NCBI GenBank assembly: GCA_963748215.1
Contig: CAVVHS010000008.1
Location: 192,001 to 256,000 of the forward strand
Source: an uncultured Gammaproteobacteria bacterium
Lineage (GTDB): Bacteria; Pseudomonadota; Gammaproteobacteria; UBA9214
DNA: 64,000 bases
Reading direction: 5' to 3'
Translations under genes and position numbers: made by a program
The notes under the pieces: generated by a model
Seen by the model: only the letters and a program-made list of their open reading frames with translations
Database searches by the model: none
What the model was told of the DNA's origin: nothing
Shown: in pieces, positions 45,219 through 56,262 of the stretch
Layout of the letters: each line of letters starts with the position of its first letter
Position numbering within the stretch: the stretch's first letter is position 1

Positions 45219-46325
45219 ATGCTTACTCGAAGAAAATTCATTATTTCCGCAACGTCGGCCGTAGGCGGCTTGGCGGTTCTGCAGGCATGTTCATCGGGAA
45301 CGCGTGCTGAAACGTACGAAGAGGCCGTGCGCAGAACCTGGCATCCTGACAAGCAGGACATGGCTGATGGCTCTGCTCTCCAGCGCGAACTCGTACGCTA
45401 CGCCACGCTCGCACCATCGAGCCACAACACCCAATGCTGGAAGTTTCGCATCGAGGCGCGTGCGATTTCTATATTGCCTGATCTTTTGCGTCGATGCCCT
45501 GTAGTCGATCCGGATGATCACCACCTTTTCGTATCGCTCGGGTGCGCAGCCGAGAACTTGATACAAGCAGCGCTGGCTAACGGTTTGAAAGGGGATTCAA
45601 GCTTTGATCCATCAGCAGGGGGAGTGCTAAGGGTCAATGTAGAGCCGACCAAGGCAGTCGTTACCCCGCTCTTTCGGGCGATAACCGAGCGGCAATGCAC
45701 GCGTGCCGAGTACGACGGAAAACGCCTGACCAGGGAAGAATTGGGCCTGCTCGAGCAGGCCGGCACCGGAAAGGGCATTCGAGTGATGCTCCTCACCGAA
45801 CCCACCACGCTGGAAAATGTCCTCGAATATGTCGTTCAAGGCAATACAGCTCAATTGAACGATCGCGCATTCATCGATGAATTGAAGGCGTGGATTCGTT
45901 TCAATAGTGGCGAGGCAGTTCGAACCGGGGATGGACTGTACTCAGCATCATCGGGTAATCCGTCGTTGCCAACATGGCTGGGCAGCCGGCTCTTCAATTT
46001 GTTCGTTACGCCAAAGAGCGAAAACGAGAAATATGCGAAGCAAATGCGCAGCTCAGCCGGAATCGCGGTTTTTGTTTCGGACGCCGAAGACAGGGCCCAT
46101 TGGCTCGAAGTAGGACGTTGCTATGAGCGCTTTGCCCTGCAGGCGGCAGCATTGGGGATACGCAACGCATTTCTCAACCAGCCCGTCGAAGTGTCGACGC
46201 TGCGACCGCAGTTTGCGGCTTTTCTGGGTATTGGTGGGCGCAGGCCCGATCTTGTCGTTCGCTTCGGCCGAGGTCCGAAGATGCCTCAGTCACTGCGACG
46301 CCCGTTACAAACAGTGCTGGTTTGA
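45219..46325 (+). CDS. Tat-exported Acg/nitroreductase-like FMN-binding protein
   Basis: TRRKFI twin-arginine signal, ATLAPSSHNTQCW, SLGCAAENL, NQPVEV..RFGRG. Confidence 0.85.
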   Translation: MLTRRKFIISATSAVGGLAVLQACSSGTRAETYEEAVRRTWHPDKQDMADGSALQRELVRYATLAPSSHNTQCWKFRIEARAISILPDLLRRCPVVDPDDHHLFVSLGCAAENLIQAALANGLKGDSSFDPSAGGVLRVNVEPTKAVVTPLFRAITERQCTRAEYDGKRLTREELGLLEQAGTGKGIRVMLLTEPTTLENVLEYVVQGNTAQLNDRAFIDELKAWIRFNSGEAVRTGDGLYSASSGNPSLPTWLGSRLFNLFVTPKSENEKYAKQMRSSAGIAVFVSDAEDRAHWLEVGRCYERFALQAAALGIRNAFLNQPVEVSTLRPQFAAFLGIGGRRPDLVVRFGRGPKMPQSLRRPLQTVLV

Positions 46326-46407
46326 AACATCGAAAACCTCGCCTTTCGCATATGGATTCCCCACGGGCTGAGTCTCCTGTTAAAGGTTGAAAGTCTGCTA
46401 CCAGTAG

Positions 46408-47633
46408 GCGGGTTCAACCGGTGAGCGCAACACTTTATCTTTTCACCAAAAGATGGAGTGTATGCAATGGTTTATCGGACACGTATCAAATACACGGCGG
46501 CGCAGCGGGCGGACATCTGGGATCGCTGGCAGCGTGGTGAGTCTCTTAACTCAATAGGTCGACTATTTGATCGGCCTTCATCTTCAGTATTCAATATGTT
46601 GGCGCCGACGGGCGGCATACGTCCGCCACCACGGCGGCGATCCCGCCAGGCACTGACGCTGGCTGAACGTGAAGAGATCTCACGCGGTATTGCCTGTGAT
46701 TTATCGTTGCGGGCGATTGCTACGCGGCTGGATCGCGCGCCCTCGACTGTCAGTCGGGAAGTGAACCGCAATGGTGGTCTTCAGCATTACCGGGCCAGCC
46801 GGGCCGACCAGGCCGCCTGGGATAGAGCGCACCGTCCCAAGCCCTGTAAACTGGTGAGTGAGCCTGTACTCAGCCGACTGGTGGCGAGCAAGCTGCGGTT
46901 ACACTGGTCGCCCGAACAAATTGCAGGTTGGCTGAAGCGGGCCTACCCGGAGCACGAGAACCGTCAGGTGTCACATGAGACCATCTACAAGAGCCTGTTT
47001 ATCCAGGCCCGGGGGGCTTTGAAAAAGGAGCTGCAGCAGCACCTGAGAAGCCAACGTGCGATACGCCGTTCGAGGCATGCCAGCCAGAAAGGGGATGGAA
47101 GGGGTCAGATCAAGGATATGGTGTCCATCCGAGAACGCCCGGCGGCTGTTGAAGACCGTGCGGTACCGGGTCACTGGGAAGGCGACCTGATCATCGGCAC
47201 GAACAACAGTCAGATCGCCACGCTTGTTGAGCGCCACACGCGCTATGTGATGCTGGCCAAGGTGTCGAACAAAAACACCGAAACCGTGATCAATGCCCTG
47301 ATCAAACAAGCCCGTAAGCTACCAAGTGAACTCTACAAATCACTGACCTGGGATCGCGGTAAGGAGATGCACGATCACAAACGCTTCACGTTGGCGACCG
47401 ACATCAAGATCTACTTCTGCGACCCGAAGAGCCCGTGGCAGCGCGGCTCCAACGAGAACACCAATGGTCTGCTGAGACAGTACTTTCCCAAAGGAACCGA
47501 TTTGTCGGTACACTCTCAGGCGAAGCTGAATGCCGTGGCGCGCCAGTTAAATGAGCGGCCACGCAAGACGCTCGGATTTGAAACACCGGCAGAACGTTTT
47601 AATGCGTGTGTTGCGTCGATCGGTTGAGCTGGC
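46408..47633 (+). mobile_element. IS30-family insertion sequence
   Basis: Imperfect ~26 bp IRs (GCGGGTTCAACCGGTGAGCGCAACAC / GTGTTGCGTCGATCGGTTGAGCTGGC) and an AGTAG duplication on both sides. Confidence 0.9.
46458..47627 (+). CDS. IS30-family transposase
   Basis: WSPEQIAG, GHWEGDLI, TWDRGKE, PWQRGSNENTNGLLRQYFPK. Confidence 0.95.
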   Translation: MYAMVYRTRIKYTAAQRADIWDRWQRGESLNSIGRLFDRPSSSVFNMLAPTGGIRPPPRRRSRQALTLAEREEISRGIACDLSLRAIATRLDRAPSTVSREVNRNGGLQHYRASRADQAAWDRAHRPKPCKLVSEPVLSRLVASKLRLHWSPEQIAGWLKRAYPEHENRQVSHETIYKSLFIQARGALKKELQQHLRSQRAIRRSRHASQKGDGRGQIKDMVSIRERPAAVEDRAVPGHWEGDLIIGTNNSQIATLVERHTRYVMLAKVSNKNTETVINALIKQARKLPSELYKSLTWDRGKEMHDHKRFTLATDIKIYFCDPKSPWQRGSNENTNGLLRQYFPKGTDLSVHSQAKLNAVARQLNERPRKTLGFETPAERFNACVASIG

Positions 47634-47679
47634 AGTAGGTAAGCGGACTTTCTATGAGACATACCCGACCGGCAGTTTC

Positions 47680-47739
47680 TGGCCGGAAAAAGACCTGGCT
47701 GCTGAATCCATTGGGAGGATTAGCTGTACTTCTGTAACC
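47680..47739 (+). repeat. 60 bp direct repeat, copy 2
   Basis: 57/60 identical to 44459-44518. Confidence 0.85.
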
Positions 47740-47744
47740 CATTC

Positions 47745-48740
47745 TCACTTGGTGACGCCCAATTCAATTGCGCATTGCTCAGGGTTCGTTTTGGAAGAAA
47801 GTAGCTCCGCATTTAAAAGTTCTTCAGGCGAAAGCCATTCTCGAATTTGTTTTATAGTCGTAGAGCAGCAATCCGGGCATTTCATGCGTTCTGCATACCG
47901 ATACCAGGCGTATGCTTTTTTCAGGTCCCGGGGAACCCCGTCACCCGAATAATATGTGGCCCCTAATAAGATATAGGCCTGACAATATTTGCGCTCAATT
48001 GCACCACAGAGAATCTTGTTGGCTAGTTTGGTATTGTGCTGACGCAGCTTGAAGTATGTATTGACGTTTTTCCTGTCTGTGACGAATTCCTGAAACTGAT
48101 CTATTGTCTCCTCATTTCCTTCTGTTAGTAAATATTCTAATGCTGCAGCATCATCAAACCTTTCCAGCAGTTTAATGGCGGACGATAAATCTGTTGCTGA
48201 TATATCTTCCATCACAATCGCTTTCATATGCTCCTTGAGTATTGAAAGCGTTTCTTCGGTGGAATCATGAAATGATGAAAGCTCGTGTTCTTCCCAGAAG
48301 ATTCTGGCGCAACTTTCGGGTAATTGGGCGCTTCCCGTAAAGAATTCTTCTGGACCAACGCCTCTTGTCTTTAGCTGGACATCTGTAATCAAGTAATCCT
48401 GGTCAATTGCAAGAAGAAGACAATGTATGCTGCCTTTGCCTGAATCACTGGGAAGAACGGCGAACGGCGCATAGAGCAGAAAACCAACGTCAACGCCGCC
48501 ACCGTAGTCTTTATAGATCAGATATTTCCTGCCGCTCCTTTCTCGCACTTTATCCGGGTATCCCAGTTTTTGTATAACATCGTAGATAGATGTACCAATA
48601 AGCGAATCACTGCTGTTCATTTCATGGTAGGCATCTGGTGCGGGCGCCGGAATCGTCATCGCCCAGCAGCCCGCCAGTAAGAGCATGATGATGGACAGTG
48701 TCATTATCAGTACGATTTTTACTCGCTGATGTGAGGACAT
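47745..48740 (-). CDS. Low-GC lipoprotein with a C-terminal Sel1-like repeat
   Basis: Lipobox LLAGC and LGATYYSGDGVPRDLKKAYAWY. Confidence 0.7.
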   Translation of the reverse strand: MSSHQRVKIVLIMTLSIIMLLLAGCWAMTIPAPAPDAYHEMNSSDSLIGTSIYDVIQKLGYPDKVRERSGRKYLIYKDYGGGVDVGFLLYAPFAVLPSDSGKGSIHCLLLAIDQDYLITDVQLKTRGVGPEEFFTGSAQLPESCARIFWEEHELSSFHDSTEETLSILKEHMKAIVMEDISATDLSSAIKLLERFDDAAALEYLLTEGNEETIDQFQEFVTDRKNVNTYFKLRQHNTKLANKILCGAIERKYCQAYILLGATYYSGDGVPRDLKKAYAWYRYAERMKCPDCCSTTIKQIREWLSPEELLNAELLSSKTNPEQCAIELGVTK

Positions 48741-49417
48741 GTGCTTCCGCCAGGTTGTCATTAATCGCTGATGATCTGTATATCATACAAGATACCCATA
48801 ACTGCATAGAATGATCGCTTGTGGCTGCACCCTGAAGAGTGCCATCGCATGATGGGGTTGTCGAAGTTATGGCTTTCCGGTCGCACCCGGGAATTCTGTC
48901 GGTACAATAACGGGGTCGGACCAACGTATGGCGCTGAAGCTACTTGAGTTATCCTTTGTATCGTCGCCCCTGGAACGCTTGGGCGGCGCATTGCACAGGG
49001 GGAATGTACGATCTAACGAAACACTCCATCAGAATGACCCAGCGGCCGCGGGATACAAGTTCGCATTGGAGCGTGTTTCGTCATGTAATAGCGCTTCCCG
49101 GATGATTCTTCACCCGGTGTTTAGAGTATTTCGTTCTGCTGGGCAAATTGTTGCGTTGCTCTGACCCCGTATGTAAGCATCCAACCCGTTGGATGCGGTG
49201 AGTGTTACGTACCGCATCAGTCACCAAATACTGAACTGCGCCGCGCCCAGCGCATCCTGCAGCGGTTACATGCCACGCATGGAATTGATCTAACACCCCG
49301 ACCGGAGAATATATCCGATCCTCTTTTCACCCCGGACCCCTGCTCCCCAGAGGGAATTTCCTGATGCCTCACCAGGGCCGGACGGTCATCGGGCAGATAG
49401 CGGCGCCGGTTATATCG

Positions 49418-49454
49418 ATAGTTTTTCTCTATGTTATTAATCTAATCAATCTAT
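49418..49454. promoter_or_regulatory. OxyR-like binding site
   Basis: ATAG-N7-CTAT-N7-ATCT-N7-CTAT upstream of the DUF2061-dps pair. Confidence 0.65.
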
Positions 49455-49514
49455 TTAATAAATTATCATTAAGCGCCTATATTCTTTCCTGAAGCAGCAG
49501 CGAAGGAGCCCGAG

Positions 49515-49691
49515 ATGAAAAAGACGATCACATTCGCGATAGTCCATTTCATGGTGGCATTCACTGTGGGATATCTGCTTAGCGGGAGTGTCATGGTAGG
49601 CGGTGCTATCGCAGTGATCGAGCCGATGGTCAACACCGTTGCATACCACTTTCACGAGCTGGCGTGGAAGCGTAGCGAGCTGGCGGGATAG
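49515..49691 (+). CDS. DUF2061-type small membrane protein (58 aa)
   Basis: AAGGAG RBS and MKKTITFAIVHFMVAFTVGY...IEPMVNTVAYHFHELAW. Not in the ORF track. Confidence 0.8.
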   Translation: MKKTITFAIVHFMVAFTVGYLLSGSVMVGGAIAVIEPMVNTVAYHFHELAWKRSELAG

Positions 49692-49742
49692 CCGCTTACC
49701 AGTACCAGTAACCAACAATTCTGTCAATCAAGGAGTTCAGTC

Positions 49743-50210
49743 ATGCAAATCGATATTGGTATTGACGAACAGAGCCGGCACGAGATTTCCCAAGGTCTGG
49801 CGAAATTACTGGCCGACAGCTACACCCTGTATCTCAAGACCCATAACTACCACTGGAACGTCACCGGGCCCATGTTCAATACCCTGCATCTGATGTTTGA
49901 ACAGCAGTACACCGAACTGGCACTCGCGGTTGATGTCATCGCAGAGCGTATCCGCGCCCTGGGTGAGGCGGCTCCGGGCTCCTACAGCGCGTACGCGAAA
50001 TTGACATCAATCGAGGAAGAAGAAGCCGTACCCGGCGCTGAAGAGATGATCAGGCAACTGGTGAAAGGTCAGGAAGCCGTGGTAAAAACTGCCCGCTCGG
50101 TTTTCCCGGCTGCTGAAGCGGCAAATGATGAACCCACAGCGGATTTGCTCACCCAGCGCATGCAGATACACGAGAAAAACGCCTGGATGCTGCGCAGCAT
50201 GCTTTCCTGA
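49743..50210 (+). CDS. dps: Dps DNA-protection ferritin-like protein
   Basis: [40 protein letters not shown]. Confidence 0.95.
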   Translation: MQIDIGIDEQSRHEISQGLAKLLADSYTLYLKTHNYHWNVTGPMFNTLHLMFEQQYTELALAVDVIAERIRALGEAAPGSYSAYAKLTSIEEEEAVPGAEEMIRQLVKGQEAVVKTARSVFPAAEAANDEPTADLLTQRMQIHEKNAWMLRSMLS

Positions 50211-50225
50211 AAGGAGGCCTCGCCA

Positions 50226-50741
50226 ATGTCAGGCGTTCGTCAATTATCCGGAGTGGCTGCAAGCCCGAAAGTGCTGCGTGTGGCAGGTGTCCCGGATCTC
50301 GATGCCATCAACCGGATAATTGAACGCGCCATCATGACATGGGAACTGCCGGAAAGGGTAAAACGGCTGTCACTACCCTGCTACAGGTACAATGAACAGG
50401 ATCTGGAATCGGGCGAGCTGGTCGTTATCGAGGACAGGCAGGGTTGTATCATCGGCGTTGCCGCCTGGGAACAGGCTGCTCCCCTGGACACACCAAAGGG
50501 TTATCGCGCCTTGCAGTTGCATGGAATCTACGTAGACCCGGCGCATCAGCATGAAGGGATTGGCGGCCGGCTGATGCTTGCGGCGGAACAGGCTGCAATT
50601 CTCAATGGCTACGATGGCCTGCTGGTCAAGGCGCAGTCCGGTGCCGCCGGATTCTTCCTGGCGCAAGGCATGCAGCCCATGGAAGTGGAAGATACAAGGC
50701 GTGATTACACACATCGTTACTGGAAACCGCTGACCCGATAA
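50226..50741 (+). CDS. GNAT-family acetyltransferase
   Basis: IYVDPAHQHEGIGGRL motif A. Confidence 0.8.
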   Translation: MSGVRQLSGVAASPKVLRVAGVPDLDAINRIIERAIMTWELPERVKRLSLPCYRYNEQDLESGELVVIEDRQGCIIGVAAWEQAAPLDTPKGYRALQLHGIYVDPAHQHEGIGGRLMLAAEQAAILNGYDGLLVKAQSGAAGFFLAQGMQPMEVEDTRRDYTHRYWKPLTR

Positions 50742-50891
50742 CACCCTTCGCCGAAACAAAGCACAACGTCGTTCTGTCCGGTGCCATGGATTTCAGCAAT
50801 GTCTTCCGACCAATCCCGGTCATCCGTCGTTCGGGATCGAATAACGCTGCCGGCACGGGTGAGTGATCGATGGCAACCGCCGGCTGCTATC

Positions 50892-52781
50892 TCAGTTCGC
50901 GCCCTGTTCCGGATTTATCATCTGTTTAACCGGACCCAGGCATTGCTCGATCTGCTCGCGATGCAGGGTTTCCGTCTCCTTGAGCGTCGTGACCAGCTGT
51001 TCCAGCTGCGCACGGTGTTCCCGGATCACCGCCAGGGCGCGCCGCTCGCCTTCCTGCAACAGCGTCTTTACGGCCTGGTCCACGGCTTCGGCCGAGTGCT
51101 CGCTGTATCGGCGTGGTTGCGCGATCTCGCGACCCAGGAACGGGTGCTCCTCGCTTTCGCGTAAATCCATCGGCCCGATGTCCTCGGACATACCCCAGCG
51201 TGCCACCATGGCGCGGGCCAGGCTGGTGGCCTGGCTGATATCATCGTCTGCGCCGCTGCTGACCGAGGCAAGCATTTCTTGCTCGGCGGCACGGCCGCCG
51301 AGGATGACCGCCAGCCGGTCACGCAGGTATTCCTCCGGCAGGGTGTGGCGTTCCACCTCCGGCAGTTGCTGGGTACCGCCCAGCGCACGTCCGCGCGGAA
51401 TGATGGTCACCTTGTACAGCGGGTCCGCATTCGGCAGGAAATAGGCAACCAGTGTATGCCCCGCCTCGTGCACGGCCAGCCGGTGTCGTTCCTCCGGCTG
51501 GATGGCCAGGGTGCGCACGCTGCCCAGCAGCAGCTTGTCGCGCGACTCCTCGAAGTCGTGCATCGACACGGCATCCTGCTTATTCCTGGCGGCCAGCATC
51601 GCCGCCTCGTTCACCAGGTTCTTGATGTCCGCCCCGGAAAAGCCCGGCGTACCGGCAGCGATCTTGTCGAGATCGACATCGGCCTCCAGCGGCACCTTGC
51701 GGATATGCACCTTGAGGATGGCGACACGGTCGTCGCGGTCCGGCAGGTCCAGCACCACGTGACGATCGAAGCGACCCGGGCGCAACAGCGCGGGGTCGAG
51801 CACGTCCGGCCGGTTGGTGGCCGCCAGCACGATCACCGCCTCGTGTCCGGAGAAACCGTCCATTTCCGCGAGAATCTGGTTCAGTGTCTGTTCGCGCTCG
51901 TCATGGCCGCCGCCCAGCCCGGTGCCGCGCGTACGCCCTACGCTGTCGAGTTCATCGACGAATATGATGCTGGGGGCGTTTTTCTTCGCCGCCTCGAACA
52001 GGTGACGCACGCGGGCAGCGCCGACACCGACGAACACCTCGATGAATTCGGACCCGGAGATCGAGAAGAACGGGACCCCGGCCTCTCCCGCCAGGGCGCG
52101 TGCCAGCAGGGTCTTGCCGGTGCCTGGCGCGCCCATCAGCAGCACGCCGCGCGGTACCTCGGCGCCGAGCTTGCGAAAGGTCTCGGGATGCTTGAGGAAT
52201 TCCACCAGCTCGGTCACTTCCCGCTTGGCGTTCTCCTGCCCCGCAACATCCTCAAAGGTGACCTCTGGCACCTCTGCCACCCGGGCCGGGGCCTCGAGAA
52301 ACGTTTTCAGCTCGCCCGGCCCGCCCAGTCTTCCGCCCAGCGCACGCGAGGTCTGTTTGTAGATCCAGTAGAAAAACAGGATCAGGAACAGCCACGGCAG
52401 CAAGGCTATCAACACCGTTACCGCGCCCTTCTCCGCCTCGCTGGCGACCCGAAGCCTGACCTCGTGCGTCTCGAGCAGGGTCAGCAGGCTGTCATCCCCG
52501 AACGCCGGGACGGTAGTGCTGAAACGCCGCGCGGTCCCGCCCTGTGGCCCGATGTCCGAGGCGGCGCGCAACGTCCCTGCGGCATCGTTGCCGCGCAACA
52601 GCAGCTCTTCCACCTGGCCGTCCCTGACCAGTTCGCGGAACTGGCTGTAGGGGATCTCGTAGGCCGGCTCGGAGGGCAACCGGTACTGCAGCGACAGGTA
52701 CACCAGCATCAGGAGCACGAATGCCAGCAAATAGCCGGCCCACGGCGGATATCTCAGTTGCCAGGCGGGTCGCTCGTTCAT
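50892..52781 (-). CDS. ftsH: ATP-dependent zinc metalloprotease FtsH (paralog)
   Basis: Two TM segments, [18 protein letters not shown] region, HEAGH. Confidence 0.92.
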   Translation of the reverse strand: MNERPAWQLRYPPWAGYLLAFVLLMLVYLSLQYRLPSEPAYEIPYSQFRELVRDGQVEELLLRGNDAAGTLRAASDIGPQGGTARRFSTTVPAFGDDSLLTLLETHEVRLRVASEAEKGAVTVLIALLPWLFLILFFYWIYKQTSRALGGRLGGPGELKTFLEAPARVAEVPEVTFEDVAGQENAKREVTELVEFLKHPETFRKLGAEVPRGVLLMGAPGTGKTLLARALAGEAGVPFFSISGSEFIEVFVGVGAARVRHLFEAAKKNAPSIIFVDELDSVGRTRGTGLGGGHDEREQTLNQILAEMDGFSGHEAVIVLAATNRPDVLDPALLRPGRFDRHVVLDLPDRDDRVAILKVHIRKVPLEADVDLDKIAAGTPGFSGADIKNLVNEAAMLAARNKQDAVSMHDFEESRDKLLLGSVRTLAIQPEERHRLAVHEAGHTLVAYFLPNADPLYKVTIIPRGRALGGTQQLPEVERHTLPEEYLRDRLAVILGGRAAEQEMLASVSSGADDDISQATSLARAMVARWGMSEDIGPMDLRESEEHPFLGREIAQPRRYSEHSAEAVDQAVKTLLQEGERRALAVIREHRAQLEQLVTTLKETETLHREQIEQCLGPVKQMINPEQGAN

Positions 52782-52937
52782 CGCGTATCGGTAATTTCCT
52801 GCTTATCCATATCGTAACCATCCGCATCCAGACGTATCACCGATTATTTGTACCCGGGCAGTGATGCGGCCTGCGCTCCGGATCGAGGTACGCAATCGGT
52901 TCAGAAGTCCGGCCGGCCGTGAGTGCTGCCGCCGGAA

Positions 52938-55672
52938 TCAGGCGCTGCCCAGGATTTTACTCAGGAGGACGACATCCTCTTCCCGCCGGACCTCGCTGCT
53001 GAAGCCGCGCTTGCGAAACATGGACAGCATGCGCCGGTTGTCCGGGTCCGTCTCGGCAACCAGTTCTGCGATACCCCAGCGTGCGGCCACCTCGAGGCAA
53101 TAGTCCAGCAACAGTCCGCCAATACCCTTTCCCTGCCATGCATCCGGCACGATAACCGCGTACTCCGCCGTCTCGTGATTGAGATCCGTCATGAGCTGGC
53201 CGACACCGATCAGCTCGCGCTGTTCGCCCGAGCCGGCCTCCGCCACCAGTGCCAGCTCGCGCTCGTAGTCGATCATGCAGTGCCGCACCGCCATCTTGTG
53301 ATCACTGGTTTTGAACATCGAGCGGAACCGGAAGCGGATCGATTCCGGCGAGGAACTGGCAATAAGACTGTGCCAGAGCGGCTCGTCCTCGGGCCGGATC
53401 GGCCGCAGTACTATTTCGGTGCCGTCACGCAGCTGGCGATGACGGATGAGTTGTTCCGGGTACGGGCGTATCGCCAGGTGTGAGTACACATCATGCGTAT
53501 GCGGCCGTGCATGCCGGTTGAGCACCGCCGCGGCATCGAGCGCAATGACGCTCGTGGATGTTACGCGCAATGGATTGATATCGAACTCCAGGATTTCGGG
53601 ATAGTCCGCCACCAGGCAGGAAAAGCGGATCATGACCTCGATGAGGCTGTCGACAGCGACCGCTGCCTGGCCGCGATAACCCTGCAACAGCGGCCAGCAG
53701 CCCAGCGACTCGAGCATCCGCATTGCCAGATGTTCGTTGAGCGGTGGCAGGCCGAGGCTGTGATCCCGGTAGACACCGGTGGCGATACCGCCCAGGCCCA
53801 CCATGATCACGGGGCCGAATGTCCTGTCCTTGGTGGCACCCAGGATCATCTCCAGGCCGTCGCCGGACTCCACCATACGCTGCAGGGTCACGCAGGTGAC
53901 TTGCGGGTCCAGCCCGTGTTTGCGAATGACTTGCTGCATGCGATCATAGGCCGCGCGCACGGCGTCCTCATCCTGCAGATCCAGCATCACGCCACCGATA
54001 TCGATCTTGTGCACGACCTCGGGCGAACACAGCTTCAGCACTACCGGATAACCGATCTCGCCGGCCATGCTGACCGCATCGTCCACGTCGTGGGTGGCTC
54101 GGGTATCAGATACCGGTATGTCGTAAGCCTTCAGCAGCATCTTGGCCTCGCCTTCCCTCAGGATATCCCGCTCCTGCAGCAGATCGTGGAAATGGCGGGC
54201 GAGCTTTTTTCTGTTGAGACTGAAGTGAATCGGCATTTCCCGGGGCGTCTCATAGAGACTTTCCAGGTTGTGTGCATAGGACACCAGGTGCATGAAGGCG
54301 CGGATGGCCTGCTCGGGTGTCGAGTGCGCCGGCACCCCGGCACGGTTCAGGTAGCGGATCGAGTTGCGCGCCTCGCTGCCACCCATCCAGGCAGCGAACA
54401 CAGGTTTACGCACCCGTTGCGCAACACCGGCCACCGCCTCGGCCACGTCCCGGAAATCCGCCAGCGGGTGGTTGCTGAATATCACCAGGATCGCATCGAC
54501 GTTGCGGTCCTGACACACGATGTCAAGCGCAGCTGTGTAACGCTGCGGCCCTGCATCATCAAGCAGGTCCACCGGGTTGCCATGTGACCAGCCGGCCGGA
54601 AGCACCTCGTCCAGCCTGCTGACGGTATCGTCATCGAAGGTGGCGAGTTCGCCCTGGCGGGAAATCAGCGCATCTGCCGCGATGATTGCAGGCCCGCCGG
54701 CATTGCCGACAATGGCAAGCCGGCGCCCGCCCGGCAGACGCTGGGATGCGAGGATCTCGGCAACCTCGAAGATATCATCGAGCTCGTTCACCCTGACGAT
54801 GCCGGCGCGCTCGAACACTGCGCTGTAGACGGCATCCTCGCCGGCAATGCTGCCGGTATGCGACAGCGCGGCCCGGGCCGAGCGCTCGAAGCGACCGGAC
54901 TTGTAGGCCACAATCGGCTTGTACGAGGCAAAGGAACGCGCTGCCGACATGAAGCGCCTGGCATGCCGGATCGACTGGACGTAAAGGATGATGGCACGTG
55001 TCTTCGGGTCAGTCCCCAGATAATCGATGAGATCCCCGTACCCGACATCCATGTTGTTGCCAAGGGAGGCAAACAGGGAAAATCCGATACCGGCATCGGC
55101 AGCCCAGTCCAGGATGGCGTTGGAGAGTGAATGTGACTGGGAGATAAAGGCCAGGCGCCCGGCCCCGGGAAAGACGACTGCCTGGCTGGCATTGAGGCCC
55201 AACTCCGGCACGATGATGCCTTGCGAGTTCGGCCCGATGATGCGCATGGTTTTGAAACGCGCGGCCGCCTCGGACAGCCGGTTCTCCAGCTGGCGGCCCT
55301 CCGCTCCGGATTCACTGAAGCCGGCGGTCAGGATGACGATGCCCATGATGCCGGCCTCGCCACAGTGGATCACGGCCTGCGGGACGTCCCGGGCGGTGTA
55401 CAGATGACCGCCAGATCAGGGGTCTTCGGCAGGCTCTGCAGATCCGGGTAGGTCGGAACGCCGCTGACCGATTCGACACTGTCGCTGACCGGGTAGACGA
55501 TGCCACGGAACCCGGCGCCCAGCAGGTTGGACAACACCCGCCTGCCGAGATCGTTCGGGGTATTGCCGACACCGATCAGGACAACCCGGCGCGGCTTGAA
55601 GATCTTGTCTAGGTTACGGATGCTCACGACCGTTGGAACTCGCTGCGCAGATGCTGCTACGGTCCGAATCAT
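52938..55672 (-). CDS. Acyl-CoA synthetase (NDP-forming)-like / GNAT fusion, Pat/PatZ-type protein acetyltransferase (frameshift near 55375)
   Basis: CoA-binding N-terminus, IIGPN, SHTGSIAG, NPVDL, an ATP-grasp domain and a C-terminal GNAT (WQGKGIG). Confidence 0.85.
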
Positions 55673-55752
55673 ACTATGCTTGATAAGCAGGCAAGTCCAT
55701 GCAGCTATGCCATGGACGGGAATAGCAGCGATTTTTACTGCTGTTTGCGGCG

Positions 55753-56238
55753 CTAGCCCTGTTTATCCCTGTCCTGCTTGGGCCCGCCGGTACCGGGCGC
55801 GTAGGCCTTGAGCAGGTTTTCCTGCATGGTCTTCCAGAGCTCCATGTTGCGTTCCGCCATCTCCTTCAGCACCGAGGACGGCGCCATCCGCAACATGTGC
55901 TCCATCTGGTCCTGCAGGAGCTGTTGCTGCCCGACGAAGGAGTCCATGCTCTTCTCGAGATAGGTACCGACAAAGGACTGCAGGGTGTTGCCGTAGTAGA
56001 GGATGATTTGCTCCAGCAGCCGTGTACTCAGCATCGGCTGGCCCTTTTCCTCCTGCTCGACGATGATCTGCAACAGGATGCTGCGCGTGATGTCGTCGCC
56101 GTTGACGGTGTCGATGACCCGGAACGTCTTGCCATCCATGACGAGCTGCCGGATATCGTCCAGCGCGACATAGCGGCTCTCCGCCGTATCGTACAGGCGC
56201 CGGTTCGCGTATTTCTTGATGATCCGTTCTTCAGACAT
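55753..56238 (-). CDS. phaR: PHA synthesis repressor
   Basis: IIKKYANRRLYDT..DITRSILLQII. Confidence 0.93.
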   Translation of the reverse strand: MSEERIIKKYANRRLYDTAESRYVALDDIRQLVMDGKTFRVIDTVNGDDITRSILLQIIVEQEEKGQPMLSTRLLEQIILYYGNTLQSFVGTYLEKSMDSFVGQQQLLQDQMEHMLRMAPSSVLKEMAERNMELWKTMQENLLKAYAPGTGGPKQDRDKQG

Positions 56239-56262
56239 GGGGCAAGGGCAAGCCGTTCCGCG

